The notes under the pieces: generated by a model
Seen by the model: only the letters and a program-made list of their open reading frames with translations
Told to the model about the DNA's origin: nothing
Databases searched by the model: none
NCBI GenBank assembly: GCA_000708835.1
Contig: DF237701.1
Location: 1 to 36,342, forward strand
Source of the DNA: Klebsormidium nitens
Lineage: Eukaryota; Plantae; Klebsormidiophyceae
Length of the DNA: 36,342 nt
Reading direction: 5' to 3'
Position numbers and translations under genes: made by a program
In this document: positions 22,401-34,400 of the stretch, one piece after another
Layout of the letters: each line of letters begins with the position of its first letter
How positions within the stretch are numbered: position 1 is the stretch's first letter

Positions 22401-25400
22401 ATGGGGGTCGTGGGTTTTAATAACTAGATCTTGCAACCCAAATTGGGGTCGTAGGGTTCTGAGCGGAGCGGGTGCCTCGGCTGGGCTTTGCCGAAGTCTG
22501 CGGATGAGCTGATTGGATATTTAGATATTTGTAAAAGTTTTGCGTTTCAGGGCTTGCAGTCAGGGCTCACAGTGCAGAACATCAAGGAAGTAAAGTCCGG
22601 CAGCGTAATGCAGTCCGGCAGCGTAATGCTGGTAATAAGGACGTTAACGAAAGTCGGCCGCTGAGTTGGAGCAACTTGTTAAGCTACCAACTCCGTTTAG
22701 GATTTTAGAATCTAAGGTTGCAATCATGCGGACTGGCAATCATTGACGGACCGTCTCAGTGGGTCGGCCCAGAATAAACGGGTCTGCTTGTGCCCGACAA
22801 CTCCTCAGATGCTCTGTGGGTTGCCCCTCTGAAGCTGCGGAAGTCTGAGCGGTACGAACCGTTGTTTGCAGGGTACGGACACGTCGATCATGGTGCTCCC
22901 GCCCAAGGACGGCAGCCAAGATTACGAGCGTGCCTTTGTTGAACAGTTCAAGCGAGAGTGAGTGGTCCGCTTTCTGTGCACTCCTGGTGAACTCTGGGAC
23001 GGTTTACGGTTCAAACGGCCGGTATCAAGAAAGTGAAATCCATGCTACCTAACTCAGCTGTCAAATGTTAACATACACATAGCCGGAGGTAAGGCAGGGA
23101 CTTTACGCTTCCCGGATCAGCTGTCAGACGGGTCAGCCCCCACCCTTTGGATCGGTCAACATCGCAATCGCAAGCGCAATAAACGCCCATTTGAAGGCGA
23201 ATATGCCTTGACAGAAGTCATGGTTGGCACCAGTCTCTTTTTTTGGTCGCCCTCCCCAGCCGGCAAGCATAGCGCTGCCCTCGGGACGCCTCTCTCTCCG
23301 AGAAAAATGTCTACAGCGAGACGGAAAGATTGAGTTGCCTTTGCTTTGGTGAAAGGGGAAGGCCAGTAGTTTCTGCAATGTTCTCTTGGTGCGTCGCGAA
23401 CAGGCTTTTGAGTAGCGCCAATCGCGGTTGTCGAGCCAGAAGATGCTGAGCGTCCGCTCATAAGAAATCGAGGTGCAGTGCAAAATGTCGTTGATGAGTG
23501 CTGATTCTCACCAAGAACTTGCACCATCTCACGGTCTAGATTGAAGCAGCCATTCTGGACGGTCTCGATTGAAGCAGCCATTCTGAACGGTCTCGCAGCG
23601 CAACAAGATAGCGTTTGCAGCGGTGATCTGAAGACTTGACAGAGTCTTGAACTAAGCGCTGCGAAAGTCGTCTAGCTACATGACCACACCAACACCAGTC
23701 TAATCACGTTTCCTGCAGGTACGGCTTTGAGCTGCGGGGCCGTTCCGTTCTCGTGGACGACGTCCGGGTACACGGCACCGGACGGACGAACATCCTACGG
23801 TAAGTTGCGGACACCAACGGTCGATAGAAGCGCCACCAATTGACGCTAACAATACCCCTCTAATGGGCACCTCTTCGGTGTCGGCTATTTTCGGATGTAA
23901 GTATGGGCCATCAAGCCGCAAAAGGGAACTCCGTGCCAGATTCCATAAAGAAAGCCAGATACCTGGGAACGGGCCTTCTGAGTCGGTCCTTTCAGCGAAA
24001 TCCAGGATATACCTGCATCATTTCTTGACTGCCAGATCAGACTAGTCCGTAAGTTGCGGTTCTGATCGGCCGATACATCTAGTAAGCTCCATTTTTCAGA
24101 GATTCAACTTTATGGAGTGACATTGCTGGACTCTCTGAATCAGATTGCAGTCGCAAACCCCAATCGCTTTGAAGCGCAAAAGGCAGTGGAGCTGAGGAAC
24201 ATCGAGGGGCAGTGCGGGAACGAGAAGCGCCAGTAGATCTCTATAAGCAGAATCCTTCTTCGGTGTGCAGGCAGCAGGAGATTGCGGAAGCGGGCGGGCC
24301 TCCCGAAGCGGAGCCGAACAAGGCGCGGTGCTACTTCGAGAGCGGTTGGCACGATACCCCGGTGAGATCACCCGGCCACCCCCTCGGTGACTGTGCGCAG
24401 GAATAAGTGCTCGGTTAATTTTCCCCAATCATGCAGAGTCCGCTGCTTGAGTTGAATTGTAAAAGGAGAATGCCCCAGGTGATCGCAATCTGCCTGCGGC
24501 GATCTTTCTCGACGATGACCTTGCGCTCCACTCTGTAGTCGATGTGGGTACTGTCAGGATGCTCTGGGAGTCATCTTAGTGAAGTCTGGCCTTTTCGATA
24601 CCTAGAAATATTTCCTCGGAGTTGCGCGATGAGTCATACTCCGCTAACATAAAGTATTTGCGTCTTTGCAAGCGCCTGCCCTACGCTTGCGATAAGCTGT
24701 TGAGCGACCGGACGTAGCCGGCTTTGATTCTCTCCTTGTCACAGAGCATCTAGGCTCCGCAATCATCCGCAATCCGGCGGATGAGAGCATGTGCTGACGT
24801 GGTGCTGACGTGGCGCAGGTTTACATGCTGAACAAGCTACAGGGCGGCCACACATTCGAAGGGCCCGTCGTCATCATGAACGGGAACAGCACTGTGAGCT
24901 CGCCGAATGCCGACTTGTTCAATCGTCAATTTGTTTCTTACCTCGCTCAGCACTCCTTTTCTTATCCTGGCTGTCTGCTCCAAATCTTATGATCGTTTCC
25001 TGCTCCTTGTCATGAGCTCTGTGCCTGCCAGTGCATGAATTGGAGTCGGACTCTGGAGGACTTTAAATTTGGTATTTTGGATCTGCTTAGATACCTGATT
25101 TGACGGAAGAGCAAATTAAGAAGGCACTTTAAGCACGCATGTGGAACGAGCATTGACGCTCAGTGACCTTTGTATTCCCCCCGGTGTAGACTGTGATCTA
25201 CAGTCGTGTCTGGTTCACTCCAATGGACGCGTCAAGTCCTTTTTCTCCTTTGAGACGTCTTCGCAAAGTTGAAAGCTTTTCAGGTATGCATGACCATCAA
25301 GGTCAAGCATGTCTTTTGTCGAACTTGATAGCGCTTTTACCCTGCGCTTCGAGGGCATTCACACTGAGCTCTCCCGCCCAACAGATCCTGGTGGAACCAG

Positions 25401-28400
25401 GCTCAAGTGCCGCCGTCACAAAGTACGGCAACATCCGGATTGACGTCGGGCCCATTCCGGCAGCCGGAACCCACACCTCGGAACCGGAACGACCCCCAGC
25501 CCAACCGGACACCGGAAGCGGAACGACTTCCAACCAGGAAGAAAAGGCGGGTCAGAGTTCGGTTAGCGCGGGGGTTAGTGGTCGGTCGGTCGGCACAGAG
25601 CTGGACGTTGTCCAGCTCAGCATCTTTAACAACCGGTTCATGGGCATTGCGGAACAGATGGGGCGGACGTTGCAGCGGACGTCGATCAGCACGAACATCA
25701 AGGTCAGGTTCTTGACTGTTCGTGTAGGCAACATTTTAGACTCTTTGTGCTTTGGAACTAAGATTCTGCTGCGAAGAAGGTGAGCACCTTCGACAATCAC
25801 TATACGGGCGTTGCCGAACAGATAGGGGGACTCTTCAGCGGACATCCATCAGCGCGAATATCAATGTGAGGTTGTACGGTTTTGTAGAAACACCATCCCG
25901 TAGTCTGCGTGTTTTAAGTTCTACAATGTGCGTAAGAAAGAGTGACATACGTACAAACCGCTACGTGTCATCGCAACACATATGGCGCAATTCCCTGCAG
26001 TGTTCTGTGAATGACGTCACGGTGATGAATCATTTCTTGCAAGGTTTTGATGAGGTTTCAAGGTATTCAAGGGGTTTTCGCTCAGCACGCAATCATCATG
26101 CAGGCAATGACTAGTCTGATACACAAGAGGCACCACCTGGCCTCTTCTTTGTCCAACCACCAAAGCCCTGCTGTTCTCCCGCCCCGTGCTGTTCTCCCGC
26201 CCTGCTGAAGCGCCCCGGGAGAACAGCTTTCTCGCAAAACACCTGGCCAGATATTCCCGAACCACTCTTACCCGCGTCTGCAGGAGCGCCTCGACTTTTC
26301 GTGCGCGCTCTTCAGCCCCGACGGCGGCCTCGTCGCAAACGCGCCCCACGTACCGGTCCATCTAGGGGCCATGTCCAACACCGTGCGGTGGCAAAAGAGC
26401 CACTGGTAAATTCTTCTATCGACATCGTCTTGGATCACATTCTTTTCTGGTAAAAAATCCGAAAGTGCTTGAGTTCGTGGATCGCAACCGCTTCCTTCTT
26501 CCATACGAGCGGTACATTCGTCCTTATCGGCAGGAGCTTTAATGACGTAAGTAGCACCGATGATCGTTTTCTGTGGCGTGAAGTTTTCTACGATGCCCCT
26601 GCCTTTCATTACACGCACTTAAATTTTCCCCCTGCATAGCTTGATGGTGTTCATCCCAAAAACAGATTGCTATCAAGGTTTGCGCCACTGCAGAGGCCCA
26701 GTATGCTCGAAGGCGTCTTTGAATGGCAATCCTGCTGAAACCAGAGGTTGCCCCGGTAACAAGCTCAATCCTAATTGAACAGACACAGAATATTCTGCGT
26801 CCACCCCAGATTTCGAACTCACAATTGTGCTGCCCGGCACAAAGTCCTTCCCGATCATTCCCTAAAACGTGCGCCTTACTAGAGCGCGCTGCCGTTGTTT
26901 CCTTTCAGGGGCGACAATCTGCACGACGGTGATGTCCTGGTGACCAATCACCCCACGGCAGGTGGCAGCCATCTGCCAGACATTACGGTCGTCACGCCCG
27001 TAAGTGTGACGTCACCTCAGCCTCCCTTTGCGAGACTTCTTTTCATCCGTTCGCTGCTAGCCAACCGCAAAGCAGAGGGTTTGGTCCTCTATGAGACTTC
27101 TTGTCGTAGCAAAGGATGATTGGACACTTGACAAGCAAAGCCGGCTGGAACGTTTAGCAAAGCTTGCCAAAAAGACGGGAGGGCGTTGCAACATAGAATC
27201 AAGTTAGGGGTTGATGAAGCAGGCTTCGTAGCGGTCTTGAGATACGGGAGACCCCTCAGTGAGAAGACTTGCAACGAGAGTGTCTTGCTCCCTTAGGCAT
27301 CCGTCTGGTTGTCCGTTCTTGCTTCTTCCCGTTCCGTTGTTCATGGTGCGTTCCGCTAGCAAACAGAAAGCGCTGTGCTACACAAACGCTTCATAAAGCG
27401 AAGAAGCCGACGAAAGACAGAGGCCGGAAACGGTCTGACAAACGTGATTCGTACCAGCTAAAACGCGACTCCGAACCGGAATCTTCACAACGACGCACTT
27501 ACTTCGTACTTGAAGGCTCCAATCAAGGATCGATTTTTTGCAAAGCAGACGTTGCCCAGACGATAATTCCTTCACGCTGACGTCATGCAGGTGTTCCAAG
27601 ACGGGAAGCTGGTGTTCTTCGTGGCCAGCCGAGGCCACCATGCGGAGATTGGGGGGATCACCCCGGGCAGGTGGGTAGTTTTATAAGGGATGCCCTGCGC
27701 CATAGCCGATGGGCTTTTCTTCTACCTCGGGTCGTCTTTTCGAGTCCTACGTTTTTCCTTGATGGTCAACAAAACCTTGTTGATGATCATTCACTCTGCA
27801 TCCTGCACATTTCATCAGCTTCTTCTGGCCTGCTGTGTCCCCTTCAACAACTGCGCGCCCTGCCGTAGACTCACTTCCCGCATTTTGGTTGCACCTCCTT
27901 TTGGTACGGTCTCAGCGTATGCCCCGACCAACGGGTATCTGTTTGCGGGTCACATACTTTGATCCAAGCAGTATTCTTTTGTGCAGCTTTGTATGTGGCA
28001 TCACTGCGCTTAAAGAATTTTTTCTTGTTGAGCGATCTTATTCAGTTGCACAGGTTGGACAAAATTTGCCGGACCTCATTCCGCTCTTTAATCCGTTTCT
28101 TGCAGCATGCCGCCATTCTCCAAATTCATCTACGAGGAAGGTGCCGCGATCAAGGCCTTCAAGCTCGTCGAGAACGGGGTCTTCCAGGCAAGTCTACTGA
28201 CGTTGTATTTCGGACCTGTGTCTGTTCCCTTTTCGAAGATCAGCTCTGAAATCAGATTGCTGGGTTGATCGTTAGTTTTGGATCCTCTGCGTAGCTTTTC
28301 ACGTGTCCCTTGAGTGGCAGCGACCCCGCATTCGGAGCCTTGTAAGGCTACTCTTTCCTGCCTTTGTTAAGTCTCGGGCACTTTTCGCCTTTGTACTGCC

Positions 28401-31400
28401 TGTCGAGATGTTGCTCTTGTGATATTTTCGAGGCTGTCTTCTGCCAAGTTTTCCTACGAGGACGGGATTCGTCCGGAATGGTGTCCTTTGACATTACAAA
28501 CTTTGCTATCAAGTGACGTTTGTGTCAGCCTCGGACCTTTTGTCTTTCTTCTTCGCATTCCCGTCTCAAGGTGGGCAGTAGAAATTAACACAGGCCAGTT
28601 TGCGTACTGCGTGATACCAATTCACAGACAGACTCTCTATCTCGTTTCCCGACCTCGGATTTTGACGGTTGTATCCTCCCGTAAATCGCGATAAGGACGG
28701 TTGCTTGCCACGTGTCCAGGAGGAGGGCATCTGTGCGATACTGACGGCAAAGACCAAGAGCGAAGAGGCGGACGAAGACGGCAAGGATGTCGTCATCCCC
28801 GGGTCCCGGAAGGTGGAGGACAACCTCTCGGACCTGCGCGCGCAGGCAAGCGCCGTTCTCTAGATGCCCACGAAAACCTGCTTCTGGTTTCAGATCCGAT
28901 CGAGAACTCAGTGCAAGCTTTAAAAATTGCTGAATTACTGAAGTGTAATACAAGCGCTCCTAAATGGTGTTCTTTCTGGCCGCTTCATCAGAGTCGTTAC
29001 AAGGGGGCTGCTTTCTGGAAACGCCATCTCCGATCGACGGTTTTCATGCAAGTTCTCGAAAGTAAAACGCATATAAGTGGAAATTTACAAGTGAAAACCT
29101 ACAAAGCGAAAACTGGCAAGTATCCTGCCAAGCGAGTTCCAGGAGCACTGCGGCCGCCCTTTCGCTTTCATGCCCCATAGCGGGCGTTCTGCAAGATTGA
29201 TACGGGCGATCTTCCGTTCGGCAGGTGGCGGCCAACCAGCGGGGTATCTCCCTCATCGGAGAGCTGATCAACCAGTACGGGCTGGATGTGGTACAGGCGT
29301 ACATGCGCTATGTACAGGTCAGTCTACTAGAGTCAATCCTTTCTACTGGTGCCCAATATTTAATTGAATGCAGGGATGCAGAGACGGGCAGCAAAGGCTT
29401 CGGCGAGAGCGAAGCAGGCTGCCATTGGGGGGCACTTCCGGTTCTCGCCTTTTCCTCTTTTTGCCGTTGACTTTGCTTCGTTTTTATCATGGCAGTGCAG
29501 GTGAAGGTTGTCATATTGGTCTTGCCAACCTTCTTTTCCGGGATTGATATGGTTGCTCATCGAGAAGCCTTTGTGACTAGATGTGGGCAGAAGAGGACTC
29601 CCTGCTGCTCTAGCGGGGCTGAGAAGAGCGGTTATAGATTGCTGTCGGTTTTAAGCAGCGGATATTAGCACGCACCCCAGGCGCTGAAAGTGTTGCTCAA
29701 GAGGGTCGTATGGAAGGGAAGGCTCTAACTCAAACCTGCCAACTCTAGGAGCTGATCACTTGCTCCCGATGATCCAAGCTTGGTGATGAAATCTTCCAAC
29801 GTGCAGGAGAAAACGAAGAAGGCCGTTTGAGAAGTGCCAGCGGTTTCACATCGAGTCTCCAGAAACGAAATTTTGTTTGTCTAATGCTAGGTCTGCCGAC
29901 TCTACGTACTTCAAATGCAGGGGAACGCGGAGGGGGCCGTTCCAGAGCACGGTATAGCGTGTCACCAATCAGGGCTTCGTGGAGCGTACCTCCGGATGTC
30001 TAGGCCATCTCTTCTGAACCGCTGGCTACCCTTGTTCTCTGCACGTACGCTGAAGTTCCGGTCATCCACTGATTTCTTTCGAACCTGTAGGAGAACGCGG
30101 AGCAAGCGGTTCGGGAGATGCTCAAGGGCGTGGTGAAGCGCGTCGCTGATCAGCGCTTCGCAAAGTAAAGTCCTCAAATCACGAAAACACCTTGTCAATG
30201 TAATCTTTGGTTTGCAGACCATATTAGTTTTCAATTGCAGGAGAATGCGGAGCAAGCGGTTCGGGAGATGCTCAAGGGCGTGGTGAAGCGCGTCGCTGAT
30301 CAAGGCTTTGTGGAGCGGACTGGGGAAAACGAGGTGGTGCTACGCGCGCGGGATTACATGGACGACGGCTCCACGATCGCCCTCAAGCTGACGATCGATG
30401 GAGAAAAGGGCGAAGCGGAGTTTGACTTCGAGGGGACAAGCCCAGAGGTGGGGCACTGCTTTCTTGTGCTTGTTCTCAAAAATAGCCGAGACCTTCTTAG
30501 AGGGAATCAGCCCAATGTTGGGAGTCCTCACTGAATCCTTGTGAGTCTTGCTTTAAGATAGAATTGAATAGAAACTCGTACAGCGACTTCTGTTTGGAAG
30601 ACATTCTTTGGTCTTGTTCTGGCTGATATCGACTATGTTGCGAGTTTGAAGAGAAGAATTGACGCTATTAACTCTACTCCCTCTTCTTCGGGTCCGCATC
30701 AGCGAAAATAATGCACATGGGATGATTGCCAGGGGTCGACATAAACCCATCATTTTAGACAACGCTCCGCTTTCTGCTTTCTGACAGCGATGAACTTATC
30801 TGGCCATGTTTACTTGCGGTATCTCGGATAAATTAGTGTTTGCGGGCAGTCATTATGAGTGCCGGTTCAGGGCGGGTACTTACATTCATCTCCAAGCCTC
30901 AAGGCCCCATCCTAGCCTTACGCCAACACTTAAAGAAGGGCGTAAAATTTTAAGATTCCGATCTCATGCATCTCAGTCCTGAGGAAAAAAAGCCATCCGA
31001 CGGCCCACATCCCATCCTGGAAAATCTTTTCCGGCGGCCAATCTTGCGTCCTGGGGCAAGATCTGGTCGCTGGAAACGGGATCGGTTCTCCAACGCCCTC
31101 TTCAAAGCCGTGACGTCCACGCTGACGTCAGCACCGCGCGCGCAGGTGTACGGCAACTGGAACGCCCCCGAGGCGGTTACTGCAGCTGCCGTTATCTACT
31201 GCGTCCGCTGCCTGGTGAGTCCATTCTCGCTTTTTTCGGCCCTCTCGATTCCGCTGCGGTGATGTTCAAACAATCTCAGGATCCATCTTGGATCCTGAAA
31301 CGAATCGAATCGTTTACGTTGCTGAGGACGTCCCGGCTTTCCAACCGAAGAAGTGTAGCCCAAGTAGAAGGGACGCTTCTCCATTCTGACCTAGTAGACA

Positions 31401-34400
31401 TCTCGAAAGGTGCCGCGTGCCCCGCAGTCAGCTCGCCACGTAGACAATCTTGAACCCGGGCTGCTTCATGTTGGGCCTGATAATTATAGACATCCCCCCC
31501 GATTCAAAATTTAAAAGTGCCACGTGTCCTGCTCTTGTCTTGCCAGGTGGACATCGACATCCCGTTGAACCAGGGCTGCCTGGGCCCGGTGACCATCAAG
31601 ATCCCCCCCGGGTGCTTCCTCTCGCCCAGCGACAAGGCCGCCGTCGTGGGCGGCAACGTGCTGACGTCACAGCGCATCACGGACGTCGTGCTAACGGCGT
31701 TCCAGGCGTGCGCGTGCTCCCAGGGGTGAGTTCTGAGGTTTCGGTGATTTTGGGTTAGCGAAAACCAGGATTCGGTGCGTCCTGACGTGTCCAAGGTCCT
31801 GTTTGCCACGGAGGGTTAGGCTGGCTTCTGAAGCGTAGGTTTTAGAATCGCTGTGCAGGTAACAGGAGTCTCTGCGTTTTATACGAACTGCGTTCTTTCT
31901 GCCGCTTTTGATGTGCCGAAGTTATTCCGGGCATAAGCGCGTGCCCCTCATTGTTGAGTGGGTGGCGCCGTCCATGTTCACAAATCAAAGTAGAGCCTCG
32001 TCAAACACAAAAGCCGTTGTGCGAAGACCCATCCCTCTGTTCGGCTCGCTGACATCGTGCCGACCGCACTCCCGACGCACTTATGCCTACAGGGGTGTGA
32101 TTACGGGTCTCAAGGGTTATCTGACAAAGTGACAGAACAGACTCATGCCCCTTCTTGGATTGTCTGCTTACACTTTGATTGCGACGGTTTCAGGAATCCT
32201 GCTAAAACAGATTTGCTAAGTTGCTCGACTGCGAAAGCGATCGCTTCCGGAATCCTGCTTAATATAACCACTTTCCAGGTGCATGAACAACCTCACGTTC
32301 GGCGACAACACGTTCGGCTACTACGAGACAATCGGCGGCGGCTGCGGCGCGGGGCCCACGTGGGACGGCACGAGCGGCGTGCAAGTCCACATGACCAACA
32401 CGCGCATCACCGACCCGGAAATCTTCGAGCGCCGCTACCCGGTAGGTGTCTCCGGGCCCAGCTTGCCGCATTTAACATTGCAGTGTTGTATTTTTACTTT
32501 TTAATCATCCTTTCTTCTGGATTCTGGATTCTTTGGTATGCCGCATTTGATCAAGCGTACCGGTGCCTGGTACGCCGCCCTGAGCCCGGCTCGCCGCGCC
32601 TGCATTTGAAGACGTTCTCTTCCTGGGAACCTCTTCGAGCCATTTCATGGCATTCATTACCCCGCTCCTGTGTAAATGATCGTTTATCTTGCTCCATTGT
32701 TCCTTCTACCGCAACCTTGCGTGCCTGTGCATGTTCTTTCGCCGGTCAAAAGTGCTCTACAGAAGGTGTTATCAATACCGCGCCGGACTCAATCTAGCAG
32801 ACTGTGCCTGGCGGCGTTTCTGTAAAACTGTCGGCGGTCTTTCGCAAAAGTTGACTCGCATAACCAGATTTGCTGAATCATATGGATAACTTTGTCGTGT
32901 TCGATTTTGCCTCAGGTGCTTCTGCACCGTTTCGGTCTGCGAGAGGGCAGCGGCGGCGCGGGGGAGCACCGGGGGGGAGACGGCATCGAGCGAGACATCG
33001 AGTTCAGGAAACCCGTGACGGTGAGCAGACCTGACATGCAGTCGAACCTCATTTCTCGAAACGAGGTGGTACGCAACCGCACCAAGATGCAAACGCGGAT
33101 CGAAAAGGTTTTTACTACGGAGCGTTATAGATGTAGGGGATTTACACGGTTGTGTTCGTTCTTGCTGCAAGTGATTGTTATGTCAGGGCGAGTCCATGCG
33201 CCGCCGGGCTGGCAAAGTAAGGTATTTTCATTCCCTTTAAGTTCCGTAAGAATGCGGTACGAGGAAAGTGTCGTGTCATTCAAGAAAAGCAAAAAGCGAG
33301 TTTCTCTGCGGCAGCTCAGCAGCTCGTTCGAGCGGCCCGTGCACAGGTTGCTGAGCGGGAGCGACGGCGGGAGAATCCTGTTCTCTTTCTTTGCAAGTCC
33401 AAGATGGAGAAAATCAAGATCAGCTCACTTGAAGGGCGCTATAACGAGTGTGCTTTCGTGCGCAGGTTAGCAGTTTGGCGGGGGGTGCACACGCCGCACG
33501 GGCTGCTGGGCGGGATTTTGCGCAGAGAACCTTCCTTCTCATTCTTTACTTCCTCGGAGGATACGGTTCGAGCAAAAATACCATGTTACGGAGTTCAAAC
33601 TAAAAGGGAGCCTGTTTTCCTGTGGCAGGTCAGCATCTTATCAGAGCGACGCGTGCACGCGCCGCACGAGCTGCTGAGCGGGAGCGACTTCGGGGAATAT
33701 TGTTTTCATTTCTTTTAGTTCTGCAAGATGTGTCTGTAAAACAAGATCAGGGGAACCTAAAAAGAATGTGCTTTTGTGAGGCAGGTCAGTATCCCATCCG
33801 AGACGCCCGTTCACAGATTGCTAGGCTGGGGCAAACGGCGGGGAAGAATCTTCCCATCCCCTTCAAACTTGCAAGAATACGGACCAAGGACAAGACTACT
33901 CCACTAAGCGAAGCTAAAACGAGGGTGCTTTTGTTCGCGCAGGTTAGCATCTTATCAGAGCGACGCGTGCATGCGCCGCACGGGCTGTTGGGTGGTAGCG
34001 ACGGCGCGCGGGGGAGCAACATGTTGCTCAAACAGGACGGCCGGCGGGTGTTCATCGGAGGTGAGTCTTCGGTAATTCGCGACGAGATAGCAAGCTCGTA
34101 GTCGCCTCTTGAAGGTTGTGGGGAAGCATCAGAGAGTGTTGGGGGAAAGTTTAGAGGCGATCATACAATGATCTCGAGTAGGATTAAGAAGGATGGTTGG
34201 TGAGTGTTCCTCGGCTTTGGAGCTTCGGAAAGAGATGAGATAGTAAGCTCTTAGTCGCCTTTCGGAAGTTCCGGGTAAGTATCAGAGACTGTCGGGGCAC
34301 CTTGAGAGGCGATTCGACCTCGGTAAGCCTCGAAAGGTCTCGGGAAGGATCAAGAAGGCTGGTTGGCGAGTATTTATCGGCATTGAACCTTCGGAGAGAG

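Noticed and set aside
26700-26790. Further decayed junction copies in introns 22 (~186 bp period) and 25 (~154 bp period, near 28342)
   Set aside because: Similarity is too weak to separate from chance by eye, so these were not counted in the periodicity claim.
32057-33470. Long ORFs 32057-32797 and 32892-33470 as separate genes
   Set aside because: They are an off-frame reading of exon 31 and a run-through of exon 32 into intron 32.
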